A stretch of 64,000 nucleotides of DNA. Source: Longimicrobiales bacterium (lineage in GTDB: Bacteria; Gemmatimonadota; Gemmatimonadetes; Longimicrobiales; Gaopeijiaceae). The DNA lies in assembly GCA_963664435.2 (NCBI GenBank), contig CAXXKM010000003.1, forward strand, positions 1,312,001 to 1,376,000. Reading direction: 5' to 3'. The first letter of the stretch is position 1. The number at the start of each line of letters is the position of its first letter. The translations under genes were made by a program, and so were the position numbers. This document shows positions 19,984 to 30,375 of this stretch, one piece after another. The notes below the pieces were generated by a model. The model was given only the letters and a program-made list of their open reading frames with translations, had not been told where the DNA came from and ran no database searches.

Positions 19984-22346
19984 GCGAAGGTCACCACGGT
20001 TACGCCCGTGCCTCCCTCGCCCACGCCGCCGGAACGGTACTCCCGCACCCGCGGGTCCTCCTCCAGCAGCTCGGCGACCATGGCGCGCAGGGCGCCGGTG
20101 CCCTTCCCGTGGATGAGACGCAACTCGGGCACGTCCGCCACGACCGCCCGGTCGAGGATGTTCTGCAGACGGGCGGCCGCCTCGTCCACCCGAAGCCCGC
20201 GAAGGTCGGAGTCGAGGGGTGGCGGGTCGGTCGGAAAGAACGAACGGCCCGGCGGCCGCTTCTCCGGGCGGGGCGGGCGCGGGGCGGGCGCGAGACCCTC
20301 GAGCGGCACCTCCAGCCTGAGCCCGCCCCGGGCTTCCACGAGCGCGCGGCCGGGGCGGATCTCCACCACCGTGGCGGTCGCGCCTCCGTTCGCGAGACGC
20401 ACCGGGTCGCCGGGGCGGAGGGGGGTGGCGGGGGCGGGGCGGGGGTCGTCGGGGGACCGGCTTCGGTGGCGTTCGGCAGCCGCCTCGACCCGCCGGCGCG
20501 CGCCTCGCGCGACCTTCTTCTCCTCGCCGGCCCTGCCGGCGCGCACCTCCGCGATGGCGCCCTCGACTTCCCGGCGGGCTTCGAGCAGGATCCGGCGCGC
20601 CTCGGCGCGGGCACGGCGACCGGCCTCGCGCTCTTCGCCCGCCATCCTGCGCTCGCGAGCTTCGAGCGCGGCGCCGAGGGCGGCGTTCTTCCTCGCGCGC
20701 CCTTCCACTTCCGCCTCCCTGGCGGCGAGGGAAGCCCTGGCCCTCGCGGCATCCGCCTCCAGCAGCTCCAGGCGCTCCAGCAGCTCATCTATGCGTACCT
20801 CGTCCCGTGAGAGACGAGCCTCGGCCCCATCGATCAGCGATCTCGCAAACCCGAGCGACCGCGCGATGGCGAGCCCGTAGCTGCGCCCGGGCCTTCCCTT
20901 GCGGAAGCGATAGGTGGGCTGCGTACGCTCCGGATCGAAGTGCAGTGATCCGTTGACGATGCCGCTTCCGGGCGCGTCCAGCCTCTTCAGCTGTCCGAGG
21001 TGCGAGGTCACCACAACCCGTGCCCCTCGCTTCGCCAGGGCGTCCAGAACGGCAGCCGACAGGGCTGCCCCCTCATCCGGGTCCGTACCGGTCCCCATCT
21101 CGTCGATCAGCACCAGCGCCGTATCGCCGGCGCGCTCAAGGATGTCCTTCAGGTTGGCGAGATGGGCGGCGAACGTGGAAAGGTCGTCTTCGATCGATTG
21201 CTCGTCCCCGATGTCGGCGAAGAAACGGCGAAAAACGGGGATCCGCGTACCGGGACCCACCGGGGGAACGACGCCGCACTGCGCGAGCACGCAGATCAGC
21301 CCCACGGACTTGAGAAAGACGCTCTTGCCACCGGTGTTGGGACCCGACACCACCAGCACCCGTTCCTCCGGCTCCAGGAGCAGATCGAAGGGAACGGCCT
21401 CCACATCCTCCCGCAGCGCCAGGAGCGGATGTCGTCCCTGAACGATGCACAGCGTGTGTTGCTCCCGGGGCAGCAGGGCCGGGACGTTTCCGTTCCACGC
21501 GAGAGCCGTGCGCGCGCGGGCGTCGAGGGAATCGAAGTCGATCAGCGCTTCCTGGCTGCCGGCCAGACCGTCGCGGAGCGGGGCGAGTGCACGCGTGCAC
21601 TCCGCCAGCACGCGGTCGATCTCGCGCACCTCCGCCGATTCCAGTTCACGAACCCGGTTCATCAGTTCAATCGCCAGGGGCGGCTCGACGAAGAGGGTGG
21701 CGCCGCTCGCCGATGTGCCGTGGACCACTCCGCCGACATCGCTCCGTCCCGCCCGGCGGATGGGGATCACGTATCGCCCCTCGCGCACCGTCACGGAGGC
21801 ATCGGGCAGAACCCACCGAGCCGGGAGCGTGCGCACGTAGGATTCGAGCCTTCCGACGATGGCGCCACGGCCCCGCTTCAGCCTGGTGCGCAGGCGGGAG
21901 AGCTCCGGGCTCGCCGAATCCAGTACCTCGCCGGTCCGGTCTACGGTACGCAGAATGCGCTCCTCCAGGGTGCGATCAGCCACGAGGCGGTCGCGCAACG
22001 GGACCAGCAGGGGAAGGGGCGGATGCGCTGCAGAAAGGTCGCGCGCGAGCTCGCGACCGGACCGCAGCAGAATGCCCATCGAATGGAGCTCGGGGGGCGA
22101 GAGCACACCTCCCGCCGCGCGCAGTCGGCGCAGGGCCGCGCGGGCATCCGGAATCTCCGACAGGGATCGGGCCGCGCCGGCGAGCCGGGCGGTCTCACGC
22201 ACCCGGTCGAGTTCGCGCTGGATGATGTCCGGGCGGGTGGCCGGTCTGAGCGCGAGTACGGCATCGCGACCGGCATCGCTGGAGGCCGAGGCCGCGACGC
22301 GTGCAAGCACTTCGGGCAGCCCGAGAACTTCGAAGGCGTGTTCCAT
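19980..22346 (-). CDS. mutS2: MutS2 endonuclease with Smr domain
   Basis: SGATLFVEP, SGPNTGGKS, DIGDEQSI, LSTF..H, DEMGTGTDP, IHGKGTGALR. Start ATG 22346, or GTG about 21 nt upstream. Confidence 0.95.
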   Translation of the reverse strand: MEHAFEVLGLPEVLARVAASASSDAGRDAVLALRPATRPDIIQRELDRVRETARLAGAARSLSEIPDARAALRRLRAAGGVLSPPELHSMGILLRSGRELARDLSAAHPPLPLLVPLRDRLVADRTLEERILRTVDRTGEVLDSASPELSRLRTRLKRGRGAIVGRLESYVRTLPARWVLPDASVTVREGRYVIPIRRAGRSDVGGVVHGTSASGATLFVEPPLAIELMNRVRELESAEVREIDRVLAECTRALAPLRDGLAGSQEALIDFDSLDARARTALAWNGNVPALLPREQHTLCIVQGRHPLLALREDVEAVPFDLLLEPEERVLVVSGPNTGGKSVFLKSVGLICVLAQCGVVPPVGPGTRIPVFRRFFADIGDEQSIEDDLSTFAAHLANLKDILERAGDTALVLIDEMGTGTDPDEGAALSAAVLDALAKRGARVVVTSHLGQLKRLDAPGSGIVNGSLHFDPERTQPTYRFRKGRPGRSYGLAIARSLGFARSLIDGAEARLSRDEVRIDELLERLELLEADAARARASLAAREAEVEGRARKNAALGAALEARERRMAGEEREAGRRARAEARRILLEARREVEGAIAEVRAGRAGEEKKVARGARRRVEAAAERHRSRSPDDPRPAPATPLRPGDPVRLANGGATATVVEIRPGRALVEARGGLRLEVPLEGLAPAPRPPRPEKRPPGRSFFPTDPPPLDSDLRGLRVDEAAARLQNILDRAVVADVPELRLIHGKGTGALRAMVAELLEEDPRVREYRSGGVGEGGTGVTVVTFA

Positions 22347-22412
22347 CAGGATGGCGCGTTCATGCACCGCCCTCCCTGACGGCGCGGGCGGGTGGTCGCG
22401 GATCGGAGAAGG

Positions 22413-22441
22413 AAGGTATCCGGCCCCGCCAGGAGGGTCAA
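22413..22441 (-). promoter_or_regulatory. Candidate sigma70 promoter for the mutS2-dnaG-recJ block
   Basis: TTGACC-N17-TACCTT; implies the ORF-track start at 22547 is too far upstream. Confidence 0.6.
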
Positions 22442-22642
22442 CGCGGTGGCGGCCCCCGACCGCTCCCGTTCCCGAAGCCATTCCGGGAGCGAACCGCAGG
22501 GACGGCCGGGAGGACAGCCACGATCTCGAAACGTCCCATTCGGCCATGGGAGAGCCCGCCTCCAGAGCCTAACCTATCTGGGACTCATTCCGGGAATCCG
22601 CCGGTGACTCCCTGACTTTCCTCGAATGGACGGAGGCTCTGG

Positions 22643-23206
22643 TTGAACGAGATCGCGGAGCGAATCAACCGGGTGATGTCGGAGACCGGAATGATCGCCG
22701 CCAGCCTGGACACGCTCATGCGCAGGCTCGGGCGGGAGGGCGATGCGGAACCCGCGGCTGCACAGGTGGTCGAGGCCGTGCTCCACCACCCCGACCGGTA
22801 TCGCCTCCTCGATCCCATGCGCGGAGCGTGGACCGCCGGCAACCTGCACCAGTCGCCGGGGCCCTACGAGAAGGTGCTCTCGGAGCAATATCTCACACCC
22901 TGCCCCTGGGTGGTCCTGCTTGACACCAACGATCGCCGGTTTCCACACCGCGACCCTCTGGTCCGCTGGAACCACCGAACGCTGGCCTGCCTTGCCCGCA
23001 GTCTGGACGCGAAGTCGCCGTCCGCCGTCAACCGCTGGTTCCGACTGCTGAGGGAGCACCGGCGCCTGCAGAGACAACGCAACGCGGCGGGGCTGTGGTT
23101 TGCCTACCCGTCCGAGGGTCCGGGAACCAGTCGGAAGGTCCCCGCCCACCAGCCGTCTTCGGCATCGTCGTCCCGCAGACGGAAACCCCAGGGCGCGGCC
23201 TCGTAG
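22643..23206 (+). CDS. Hypothetical protein
   Basis: GGAGG SD before TTG; protein-like composition; the best candidate ORF in the gap; 3' end overlaps the prmA 3' end. Confidence 0.6.
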   Translation: MNEIAERINRVMSETGMIAASLDTLMRRLGREGDAEPAAAQVVEAVLHHPDRYRLLDPMRGAWTAGNLHQSPGPYEKVLSEQYLTPCPWVVLLDTNDRRFPHRDPLVRWNHRTLACLARSLDAKSPSAVNRWFRLLREHRRLQRQRNAAGLWFAYPSEGPGTSRKVPAHQPSSASSSRRRKPQGAAS

Positions 23207-23985
23207 GCGAAGTCGCCTGATTCTTCCGCGAGCAATCCCGACACCAGGAGCCAGCCCCCGGGCGCCAGGGCGGCGGCGAAGCCGGGCAGGAGAGCGGTCA
23301 GCGCCTCGCTCTCGATGTTCGCGGCCACGCCGTCCAGAGGGTGGTGAGCTGCGAGCCAGTCGGGCGACACCTCACGCTCCTGGACGTCGACCACCGCGCC
23401 GGCGCGGTTGACGTCCACGTTGTCGAGGGCCGCTGCGCAGGCCATGGGATCGTTGTCCACAGCCAGCACGCGCCCGGCGCCGAGCCTGGCCGCGGCGATG
23501 GCGAGGATGCCGGAACCCGTTCCCACGTCCGCAATGGCGGCCCCCGGGCGAATCGCGGTGTCGAGCAGCCGCAGGGCGCATCGGGTCGAGGCGTGGCCGG
23601 CGGTGCCGAACGCCACACCGGGATCGAGGACGATCAGCACGCCTTCATCCGGCTCCGGCGGGAGGTCCCAGGTCGGCGCCACGGTGATGCGGCGGCTGAC
23701 CCGCGTGGGCCCGAGCCCTCGCCTCCAGGTCTCCGCCCATTCCTCGTGCGGCTGCCAGTGCCAGCGCAGATCGACCGTGTGGCCCGCCGCCCGGTTCAGT
23801 TCGCTGCCGAGGGCGGCCAGGAACGCCGGGACGTCGGCGGGGGGCGTGAAATGGGTGACCAGCGTGCCGTCCGCCTGCTCAACCGCGGCACGCGCACCCG
23901 CGCGGACGAGTTCCGCGGCCACCAGACCGGTCGTGGCGGAATCGGGTACGCCGGCGACGACGGCGAGCCAGCGATCGGGTTTCAT
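23104..23985 (-). CDS. prmA: Ribosomal protein L11 methyltransferase
   Basis: LDPGVAFGTAGHAST, DVGTGSGILAI, ANI, LLVSGL. Confidence 0.93.
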   Translation of the reverse strand: MKPDRWLAVVAGVPDSATTGLVAAELVRAGARAAVEQADGTLVTHFTPPADVPAFLAALGSELNRAAGHTVDLRWHWQPHEEWAETWRRGLGPTRVSRRITVAPTWDLPPEPDEGVLIVLDPGVAFGTAGHASTRCALRLLDTAIRPGAAIADVGTGSGILAIAAARLGAGRVLAVDNDPMACAAALDNVDVNRAGAVVDVQEREVSPDWLAAHHPLDGVAANIESEALTALLPGFAAALAPGGWLLVSGLLAEESGDFAYEAAPWGFRLRDDDAEDGWWAGTFRLVPGPSDG

Positions 23986-24034
23986 GGCGGGACGGATGGG
24001 ACCGGGCGGCGGGCCAGCAGCCCGTGGACGCCGC

Positions 24035-25180
24035 CTACGGTACGAAGGCCTCCTTGACGCGTGCCCAGAAACCTCGCCTGCCCCGCCCCGCATGCTCGGG
24101 CACCGGCTCCTCCACCTCCCGCAGCCGTTCCAGCGCCTCCCGCTGCCGCCGGTCGAGGTCCTCGGGGGTCCAGACGACCACGCGCACCAGTTGGTCGCCC
24201 CTGGTGCCCCCTTCCAGGTCGGGCAGTCCGAGGCCGCGCATGCGCAGCACCTCGCCGGTCTGGATCCCGGCGGGCACCGAAAGGGGCGCGATTCCCCCGA
24301 CGGTCGGCACGTCGACGTGATCGCCCAACGCGGCCTGGGTGAAGGTCACGTGAAGCTCGTGGACGAGGTCGTTGCCGTCCCTCCTGAAGTCGGGATGGTC
24401 CTCCACGGTGATCAGGACGGTGATGTCGCCGCGCGGTCCTCCCCGCGGCCCCGCGTTGCCCTGCCCCCGCAGGGTGATGTAGTTCTCCGACGAGACGCCC
24501 GCGGGCACCTCGACGGTGATGGTGGATTCCTCGCGCACCCGGCCCTCGCCGCGGCATGCGGGACAGGGATCCTGGATGACCTGTCCCTCCCCCCCGCACC
24601 TGCGGCACGGTTGCACGCTCACGAATTGTCCGAAGGGGGAACGCTGGCTGATGCGCTCCTGGCCGGTGCCGCTGCAGCCCGGACAGAGCGTCGGTCCGGA
24701 ACCACGCGCCCCGGTGGCGCCACAGTCGTCGCAGGCCTCGAGCAGGCTCACCCGCAAGCGCTTGTCGACTCCGCTCGCGACCTCCGCCAGCGTGAGGGGA
24801 AGACGCAGGCGAATGCCCTTCCCTCTCCGGCTGGGCGCGGTGCCGGAAGGACGACGGCCGAAAAGGTCGCCGAACGCGCCCCCGCCTCCGAAGTCCCGCA
24901 TGAAGATCTCGATCGCGTCCGAGAAGTCGAAGCCGCCGAAGCCGCCTCCTCCCTGGCCGCGGTTGAGTCCCTGCTCCCCGTAGCGGTCGTAGAGCTCCTT
25001 CTTCTCCGGATCGCTCAGAACCTCGTACGCGCGGGTGACCTCCTTGAAGCGCTCCTCCGCCTCCAGCGAACCCTGGTTGCGATCGGGATGGTGCTGCATC
25101 GCCAGACGCCGGTAGGCTTTCCGTATCTCCTGCACGTCCGCGCCCCGGGAAACGCCCAGGGTCTCGTAGTAGTCTGCCAT
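24035..25180 (-). CDS. dnaJ: Chaperone DnaJ
   Basis: J domain with HPD, G/F-rich region, four CxxCxxxG repeats. Confidence 0.97.
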   Translation of the reverse strand: MADYYETLGVSRGADVQEIRKAYRRLAMQHHPDRNQGSLEAEERFKEVTRAYEVLSDPEKKELYDRYGEQGLNRGQGGGGFGGFDFSDAIEIFMRDFGGGGAFGDLFGRRPSGTAPSRRGKGIRLRLPLTLAEVASGVDKRLRVSLLEACDDCGATGARGSGPTLCPGCSGTGQERISQRSPFGQFVSVQPCRRCGGEGQVIQDPCPACRGEGRVREESTITVEVPAGVSSENYITLRGQGNAGPRGGPRGDITVLITVEDHPDFRRDGNDLVHELHVTFTQAALGDHVDVPTVGGIAPLSVPAGIQTGEVLRMRGLGLPDLEGGTRGDQLVRVVVWTPEDLDRRQREALERLREVEEPVPEHAGRGRRGFWARVKEAFVP

Positions 25181-25193
25181 TCGGACCCCGCGC

Positions 25194-26276
25194 TCAGCGC
25201 AGAATGTCGTTCACGAGTGAAGAAGTGTAGCCCACCAGGCTGATGACCTTTTCGTAGGGCATGCGCGTGGGACCGATGACACCCACCACCCCCTTGAGCC
25301 CACCCACGTGGTACTCGGCGGTCACGAGCGTGAAGCTCGACAGCGCTTCGTCCCGATGCTCCTGACCGATCGTGATGCGCAACCCGCCGCTGTGGCTGCG
25401 GTTGCTCAGCACGCCCTCCATGAGCTGGTTGTGCTCGGTCAATTCGATCAGGCTCTTGAGTCGCTGTCCGCTGGTGAACTCCGGCTGGCTGGCGAGGACC
25501 GAGGTCTGCCCGAAGAGCACGGGCGATCCACCGGCCTCCGGCCAGTCCAGCAGGGACTGCGCGGACTCCATGAAGATGTTCAGCAGCTCGGTGGCGGTTT
25601 CGCTGTCCGTGCCCGGGTCGCGAAGGCGTTCGGGCAGCGACTCCCTCAGGTCGGCGAAGGTGAGCCCGGCGAGACGCTCGTTCAGGATGACCGTCAGGGT
25701 CACCAGGGTATCCCGCGGAATCTCCAGTGGAAGATCGACGTAGACCGTGCGCACCAGCCCGTTGCGCACGGTGGCCACCATCAGCGCCTTGTGCGAGGAG
25801 AGCCGGATGAGTTCGATCTTTTCGAGTACCGCCGAGTCCAGGCTCGGGACCAGCCCCAGCCCCAGCTCGTGGCTGATCAGGCTGAGGGCGCGGGTGGTTC
25901 GCCGCACCAGGCGCTCGATCGGCGAGGCGGCATCCGGGTCGAGCTCCTCCTCGATGCGGTCGCGCTCCGCGTTGGTCAGGGGCGTGGGGCGGATGAGGCG
26001 GTCCACGAAGTACCGATAGGCGGAGTCGGTCGGGACCCGCCCGGCGGATGCGTGAGGCCGGGCCAGATAACCCTTCGACTCCAGTTCCGCCATGGTATTG
26101 CGGATGGTGGCGGCCGAAACCCCCAGCTTCCAGCGCCGGGTCACCGAGAGGCTGCCAACCGGACCGGCGGTGTCGACGTAGGTGCGTACCACCGCCTCCA
26201 ATACCTGTCGCTCCCGCGCCGTCAGCTCTTCGCGGACGACGATGCGTTCCTGCAATCCCCCTGTCCGCATCGTCAT
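25194..26276 (-). CDS. hrcA: Heat-inducible transcription repressor HrcA
   Basis: [35 protein letters not shown]. Confidence 0.96.
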   Translation of the reverse strand: MTMRTGGLQERIVVREELTARERQVLEAVVRTYVDTAGPVGSLSVTRRWKLGVSAATIRNTMAELESKGYLARPHASAGRVPTDSAYRYFVDRLIRPTPLTNAERDRIEEELDPDAASPIERLVRRTTRALSLISHELGLGLVPSLDSAVLEKIELIRLSSHKALMVATVRNGLVRTVYVDLPLEIPRDTLVTLTVILNERLAGLTFADLRESLPERLRDPGTDSETATELLNIFMESAQSLLDWPEAGGSPVLFGQTSVLASQPEFTSGQRLKSLIELTEHNQLMEGVLSNRSHSGGLRITIGQEHRDEALSSFTLVTAEYHVGGLKGVVGVIGPTRMPYEKVISLVGYTSSLVNDILR

Positions 26277-27493
26277 TCCATGTCCTTTCGACTCGTAACT
26301 GCTTTGTCCAGCTCGATGGCAAGGGCGTCGAGCAGCAGCCAGCCTTCGCATGTCAGGCGAAGTCTGCCGGCTTCGGCCCGGGCCCAACCCCGGCGAATCC
26401 ATCGCTCCGTCACGCCGTCGGCGCGCGCGGGCATCGACGCCAGGGACACGCCCCTCCGGGCGCGGAGTCCCAGCCAGATCCGCTCCAGGCGCAGTGCGGC
26501 CGGGTCCAGCACCTCGTGACCCGCGATCGCGGAGCCCCCCTGCGCGACCGATGTACTGTATTCCTCCCAGTCACGCAGGTTCCAGCGCCGCAAGGGCTTG
26601 CAAAAGCTGTGCGCTCCGTTGCCCAGACCGAGGTAGGGACGGCCCGACCAGTATACCTCATTATGGCGGGACTCCCGGCCAGGGAGGGCGAAGCTGCTGA
26701 CCTCGTAGTGAAGGTAGCCCGCCCCGGTGAGCCGTTCCACCGCTTCCAGGTATTCGTCCCGGTACCGACCCTCGGAGGCCACCCGCTCGCGCCCGCCGGC
26801 CACGGCCCGTCCCAGAGGCGTGCGCGCTTCCACCGTCAGCCCGTAGAGACTCATGTGCTCGACGCCCAGGTCGAGCGCGCGACCGAGATCGTCGCTCCAA
26901 TCGCGCGCCAGGTGCCCCGGAAGGCCGAAGATGAGGTCCGCGCTCACATTCCGGAAGCCGGCTCCCCGGGCGTTGTGCATGGCCTCGGCGCTACCCGCGG
27001 AACCGTGCAGGCGTCCCATCCAGCGCAGCGACGGCTCGTGGAAGCTCTGGACGCCCAGGCTGACCCGATTCACTCCGGCCTCTCGCCAGGCTCGCGCGAT
27101 GGCGGGCGTGAAGCTCTCCGGATTGGCCTCCGCGGTCCACTCCAGGAGGGGATGGCGCAGGAGGCGGGGTCCGATCAGGCTTGCGAGCCCGCCCATGGCG
27201 CCGGGGCCCAGCAGGGAAGGCGTGCCTCCCCCGACGTAGAGCGTCTGGAGCGGCTCCGGGAAGGAGAACAGCGCCTCGCGCCGGGCCTGGTCCCATTCCG
27301 CGGAGATCGCCTGCAGCCAGGCTTCGTGACCGCCCTCACGGTCCACCTTTACGGCGAAGTCGCAGTAGAAGCACCGGCGGGCGCAGAAGGGCGCGTGCAC
27401 GTAAACGGATACTGTCGCGCCATCCACCGAAGACGGCTCCTCCCGAGGTTGCTCCCCGCACCGCGTGCCGGCAGCCCGGGCGACTTCGTCCAT
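26273..27493 (-). CDS. hemW: Radical SAM heme chaperone HemW
   Basis: YVHAPFC..RC.YCDF, GGGTPS, EANP, SLGVQS, YEVSSFA, HN..YW. Confidence 0.93.
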   Translation of the reverse strand: MDEVARAAGTRCGEQPREEPSSVDGATVSVYVHAPFCARRCFYCDFAVKVDREGGHEAWLQAISAEWDQARREALFSFPEPLQTLYVGGGTPSLLGPGAMGGLASLIGPRLLRHPLLEWTAEANPESFTPAIARAWREAGVNRVSLGVQSFHEPSLRWMGRLHGSAGSAEAMHNARGAGFRNVSADLIFGLPGHLARDWSDDLGRALDLGVEHMSLYGLTVEARTPLGRAVAGGRERVASEGRYRDEYLEAVERLTGAGYLHYEVSSFALPGRESRHNEVYWSGRPYLGLGNGAHSFCKPLRRWNLRDWEEYSTSVAQGGSAIAGHEVLDPAALRLERIWLGLRARRGVSLASMPARADGVTERWIRRGWARAEAGRLRLTCEGWLLLDALAIELDKAVTSRKDME

Positions 27494-27499
27494 GGGCCG

Positions 27500-28627
27500 T
27501 CAGGTCGGGGATCTGGCGAAACGGAGCCCGGACGCGCGTCGCACCCATCCGTGAACCTCCATGACCGACAGGGTCGCCGCCGCGGTCGCGATGTCCATGC
27601 GGGCCCTCCGGGCGAGGAGGTCGATGTGGTCGGGGTCGGCCTCCAGCGCGTCCCACAGGGCCCGCTGGCGGGCGTCCAGTCCGGCGGGAGTACGGTCGGG
27701 GGAGCGCGCATCCGGGCATGCGCCTGCGAGGCCGGTTCCCAGGAGAACGTCGTCGGCGTTGGTAACCAGGCCGGCTCCGTCGCGGATCAGGGCATTGGCT
27801 CCCTCGCTCCGGGGACGGCCGACCGTTCCCGGAACCGCGAACACGTCCCGGCCGATTTCCAGGGCGTGGTCGACCGTGATCAGGGCGCCGCTTCTGATCG
27901 CAGCCTCCACGACCACCACCGCCCTGGAGAGGCCGGCGATCAACCGGTTGCGCCGTGGGAAGTGGTGCGGGAGAGGCGCTTCGCCCGGCAGGAACTCCGA
28001 GACCACAAGACCTCTCTCGAGGATGTCCCCGAAGAGTCGGCGGTGGGAGGGTGGATGTGCCCGGTCGGGCCCGCACCCGAGCACCGCGATGGTGTCTCCC
28101 CCCGCCGACAGGGCTCCCCGATGCGCGGCGCCGTCGATCCCCAGCGCCAGCCCGCTCACCACCGCCACTCCCGCCCGGGCCAGCCCCTCCCCCATGCTGC
28201 GCGCCATGCCGCGCCCGTACTCGCTGGCCTTGCGCGACCCGACCACGGCCACGGCGGGAGCGTTCAGCAGGGAGGGGTCTCCGCGCAGGAAGAGCAGCGG
28301 CGGCGGGTGGTGCAGGTGGTTCAGGCGCGCCGGAAACCCGGGCAGTTTGTATCCGGTCGCCAACGCCCCGATCCGCCGCGCGATGGCGAGCACTTCCGGG
28401 AGCGGCCGCGTGGTTTCGCCCGCCTCGCGTGCCCGGCGGGCGGGCGGCGGCAGCTTTTTCCGATCCGCCGAGAGCGCGGCGCGGGCGGAACCGAACTTGT
28501 CGATCAGGTGCCGCAGGCTCACCGCCCCGAATCCCTCGTGGAGGGTCCAGCGAATGCGGGCGACGATCTCGTCGTTCATGATGTCGAGCGGGGCTTCCGC
28601 CGCGGGGGAGGTCGATGGACCGGACAC
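27500..28627 (-). CDS. dprA: DNA-processing protein DprA
   Basis: AVVGSR, VSGLALGID.AAH, FPRRNRLIAG, SGALIT, AVPG; start uncertain (GTG 28627 or ATG 28579). Confidence 0.94.
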   Translation of the reverse strand: MSGPSTSPAAEAPLDIMNDEIVARIRWTLHEGFGAVSLRHLIDKFGSARAALSADRKKLPPPARRAREAGETTRPLPEVLAIARRIGALATGYKLPGFPARLNHLHHPPPLLFLRGDPSLLNAPAVAVVGSRKASEYGRGMARSMGEGLARAGVAVVSGLALGIDGAAHRGALSAGGDTIAVLGCGPDRAHPPSHRRLFGDILERGLVVSEFLPGEAPLPHHFPRRNRLIAGLSRAVVVVEAAIRSGALITVDHALEIGRDVFAVPGTVGRPRSEGANALIRDGAGLVTNADDVLLGTGLAGACPDARSPDRTPAGLDARQRALWDALEADPDHIDLLARRARMDIATAAATLSVMEVHGWVRRASGLRFARSPT

Positions 28628-28632
28628 GACCG

Positions 28633-29625
28633 TCAGCTCGGTCGGGTTCGGCGCCAGAGCGCCTCGCACAGTTCGTCGAGGCCCCGTCGGGTCACCGCCG
28701 ACACCGCGAAGCACCCCCAGGCGTCGGGGGCCTCGATGCGGGGCGCCGGGGCGCCGGGATCCACCAGGTCCATCTTGGACACCACCAGGCAATGCTCCCT
28801 TGCAGCCAGTGCAAGGGAGTGGCTCCGCAGCTCGGAGCGCAGCCGCGCGTACTCGGCCTGGGGGTCGGTCGCGTCGGCCGGAATCAGATAGACCAGCGTG
28901 CGCGTGCGCTCGACGTGGCGCAGAAACCGCAACCCCAGGCCCTTCCCCTTGTGGGCGCCCTCGATGATCCCGGGGATGTCGGCCAGGACGAACGATCGGA
29001 AGTCGGGCAGGTGAACCACTCCCAGGCTGGGGACGAGCGTGGTGAAGGGATACTCCGCCACCTTGGGCCGGGCCGCCGAAATGCTCGCGAGCAAGGTCGA
29101 CTTGCCGGCATTGGGTTCTCCGACCAGGCCGACATCCGCGATCAGCCTGAGCTCAAGTTGGATACGGCGGGCCTCCCCCTCCGCGCCGGGCTCCCACCGC
29201 GTCGGCGCCTGGTTGCGCGAGGAGGCGAAGCGGGCGTTGCCCCGCCCCCCCCGTCCCCCCCGGGCGACCACCACCCGCTCGCCGGCCGCGACCAGTTCCC
29301 CAATGAGCTCCGAGGTGTCGGCGTCCCGCACGGTGGTGCCCGGCGGAACCGACACCACCCGGTCCGCCCCGCTGCGCCCGGTGCGGTTGTTGCCCCCTCC
29401 GTGCTGCCCCCTCTCCGCCCGGTAGTGACGCCGGTAGCTGAAATCGAGCAGGGTCGAGAGCTGGGGATCCGTGACCAGCACCACATCCCCCCCGCGGCCG
29501 CCATCTCCGCCGGACGGGCCGCCGCGCGGCGTGCCCTTCTCCCGCCGGAACGCCTCGGCCCCCGACCCCCCGGTTCCCGCAGCCACTTCGATAACGGCAC
29601 GGTCGACGAAGATCCCCTCGCCCAT
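28633..29625 (-). CDS. obgE: GTPase ObgE
   Basis: FVD, FRREK..PRGGP.GGDGG, GEPNAGKST, YPFTTL, DIPG. Confidence 0.97.
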   Translation of the reverse strand: MGEGIFVDRAVIEVAAGTGGSGAEAFRREKGTPRGGPSGGDGGRGGDVVLVTDPQLSTLLDFSYRRHYRAERGQHGGGNNRTGRSGADRVVSVPPGTTVRDADTSELIGELVAAGERVVVARGGRGGRGNARFASSRNQAPTRWEPGAEGEARRIQLELRLIADVGLVGEPNAGKSTLLASISAARPKVAEYPFTTLVPSLGVVHLPDFRSFVLADIPGIIEGAHKGKGLGLRFLRHVERTRTLVYLIPADATDPQAEYARLRSELRSHSLALAAREHCLVVSKMDLVDPGAPAPRIEAPDAWGCFAVSAVTRRGLDELCEALWRRTRPS

Positions 29626-29628
29626 CCG

Positions 29629-30375
29629 CTACCTTCCCTCCCCGCCCGGACGCGCGATCTCCCCCGCGTTCCGTTCGCCGCCCTTCCCACCTTCCGGCTC
29701 ACCGGGCCGTACGCCGTCCCGCACCTGCGGCCCGCCTTCTTCCCGGCGGGACACCACCCGGCGCCATGTGGCGCGGGCCGCCGCGCCCCGGGTCTCGTCC
29801 ATGAAGCGACCGGCCACCTCCAGGGTTTCCACCAGCGCGTCCGCCGGAGCGCCCAGGTTGAGCGCCCCGCGCATGTGCGAATACAGCTGGGGTCCGGCGT
29901 CCGCCACGGCGAGCAGGGCCACGATGCAGTACTCGCGGGTGAGCGGGGCCAGTCCGGGACGGCTGAGCACCTTGCCGTAGCCCTCGACCACCATCCACCG
30001 CTCCAGGTCGGGGTGCAGGCGCCGGACGTTGTCGCGCAGCTCGCCGTACTGCGTGGAGTAGACGCGCCGGCAAAGCGCCGCGCCCCGACGCGCCCATCCC
30101 GGCCAGTCGTCGCGGCTCGCACCCGTGGGCGGCGGGCTCAGCTTCCGCCACAGGGCCAGCGCGGCGAGAGCGGCCGGGTATCCAAGGAACAGGTAGCTCT
30201 GCAGCAGCGCTTCTTCCACCTCCAGCGGGTCGGCGGCGAGCGCCGCGTCCGCGAGCGCTCTGCGGAGGGCGTCCTCGCTTCCCGAAGCCAGCGCGGCACT
30301 CGCCACCACCAGCGACCGCTCCGCAGTGGAGAGCGACGCCGCGGCCACGGCTTCACCCCCGGTCCGGCCGGTCAC
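29629..30375 (-). CDS. Carboxymuconolactone decarboxylase/AhpD-like protein
   Basis: C-terminal part of ORF 29629..31431 from a GTG overlapping the upstream stop; GYGKVLSRPGL...RE...VA.L...QL.SH.RGAL.LG. Confidence 0.8.
   Translation of the reverse strand: MTGRTGGEAVAAASLSTAERSLVVASAALASGSEDALRRALADAALAADPLEVEEALLQSYLFLGYPAALAALALWRKLSPPPTGASRDDWPGWARRGAALCRRVYSTQYGELRDNVRRLHPDLERWMVVEGYGKVLSRPGLAPLTREYCIVALLAVADAGPQLYSHMRGALNLGAPADALVETLEVAGRFMDETRGAAARATWRRVVSRREEGGPQVRDGVRPGEPEGGKGGERNAGEIARPGGEGR

Noticed and set aside
22370..22640. 270-nt intergenic region as a possible 6S RNA or other ncRNA
   Set aside because: No long rod structure or known RNA motif found by eye; explained by divergent promoters.
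19980..28627. mutS2 and dprA as an anti-phage or defence island
   Set aside because: Both are ordinary single-copy genes in housekeeping context; no defence or mobility genes nearby.
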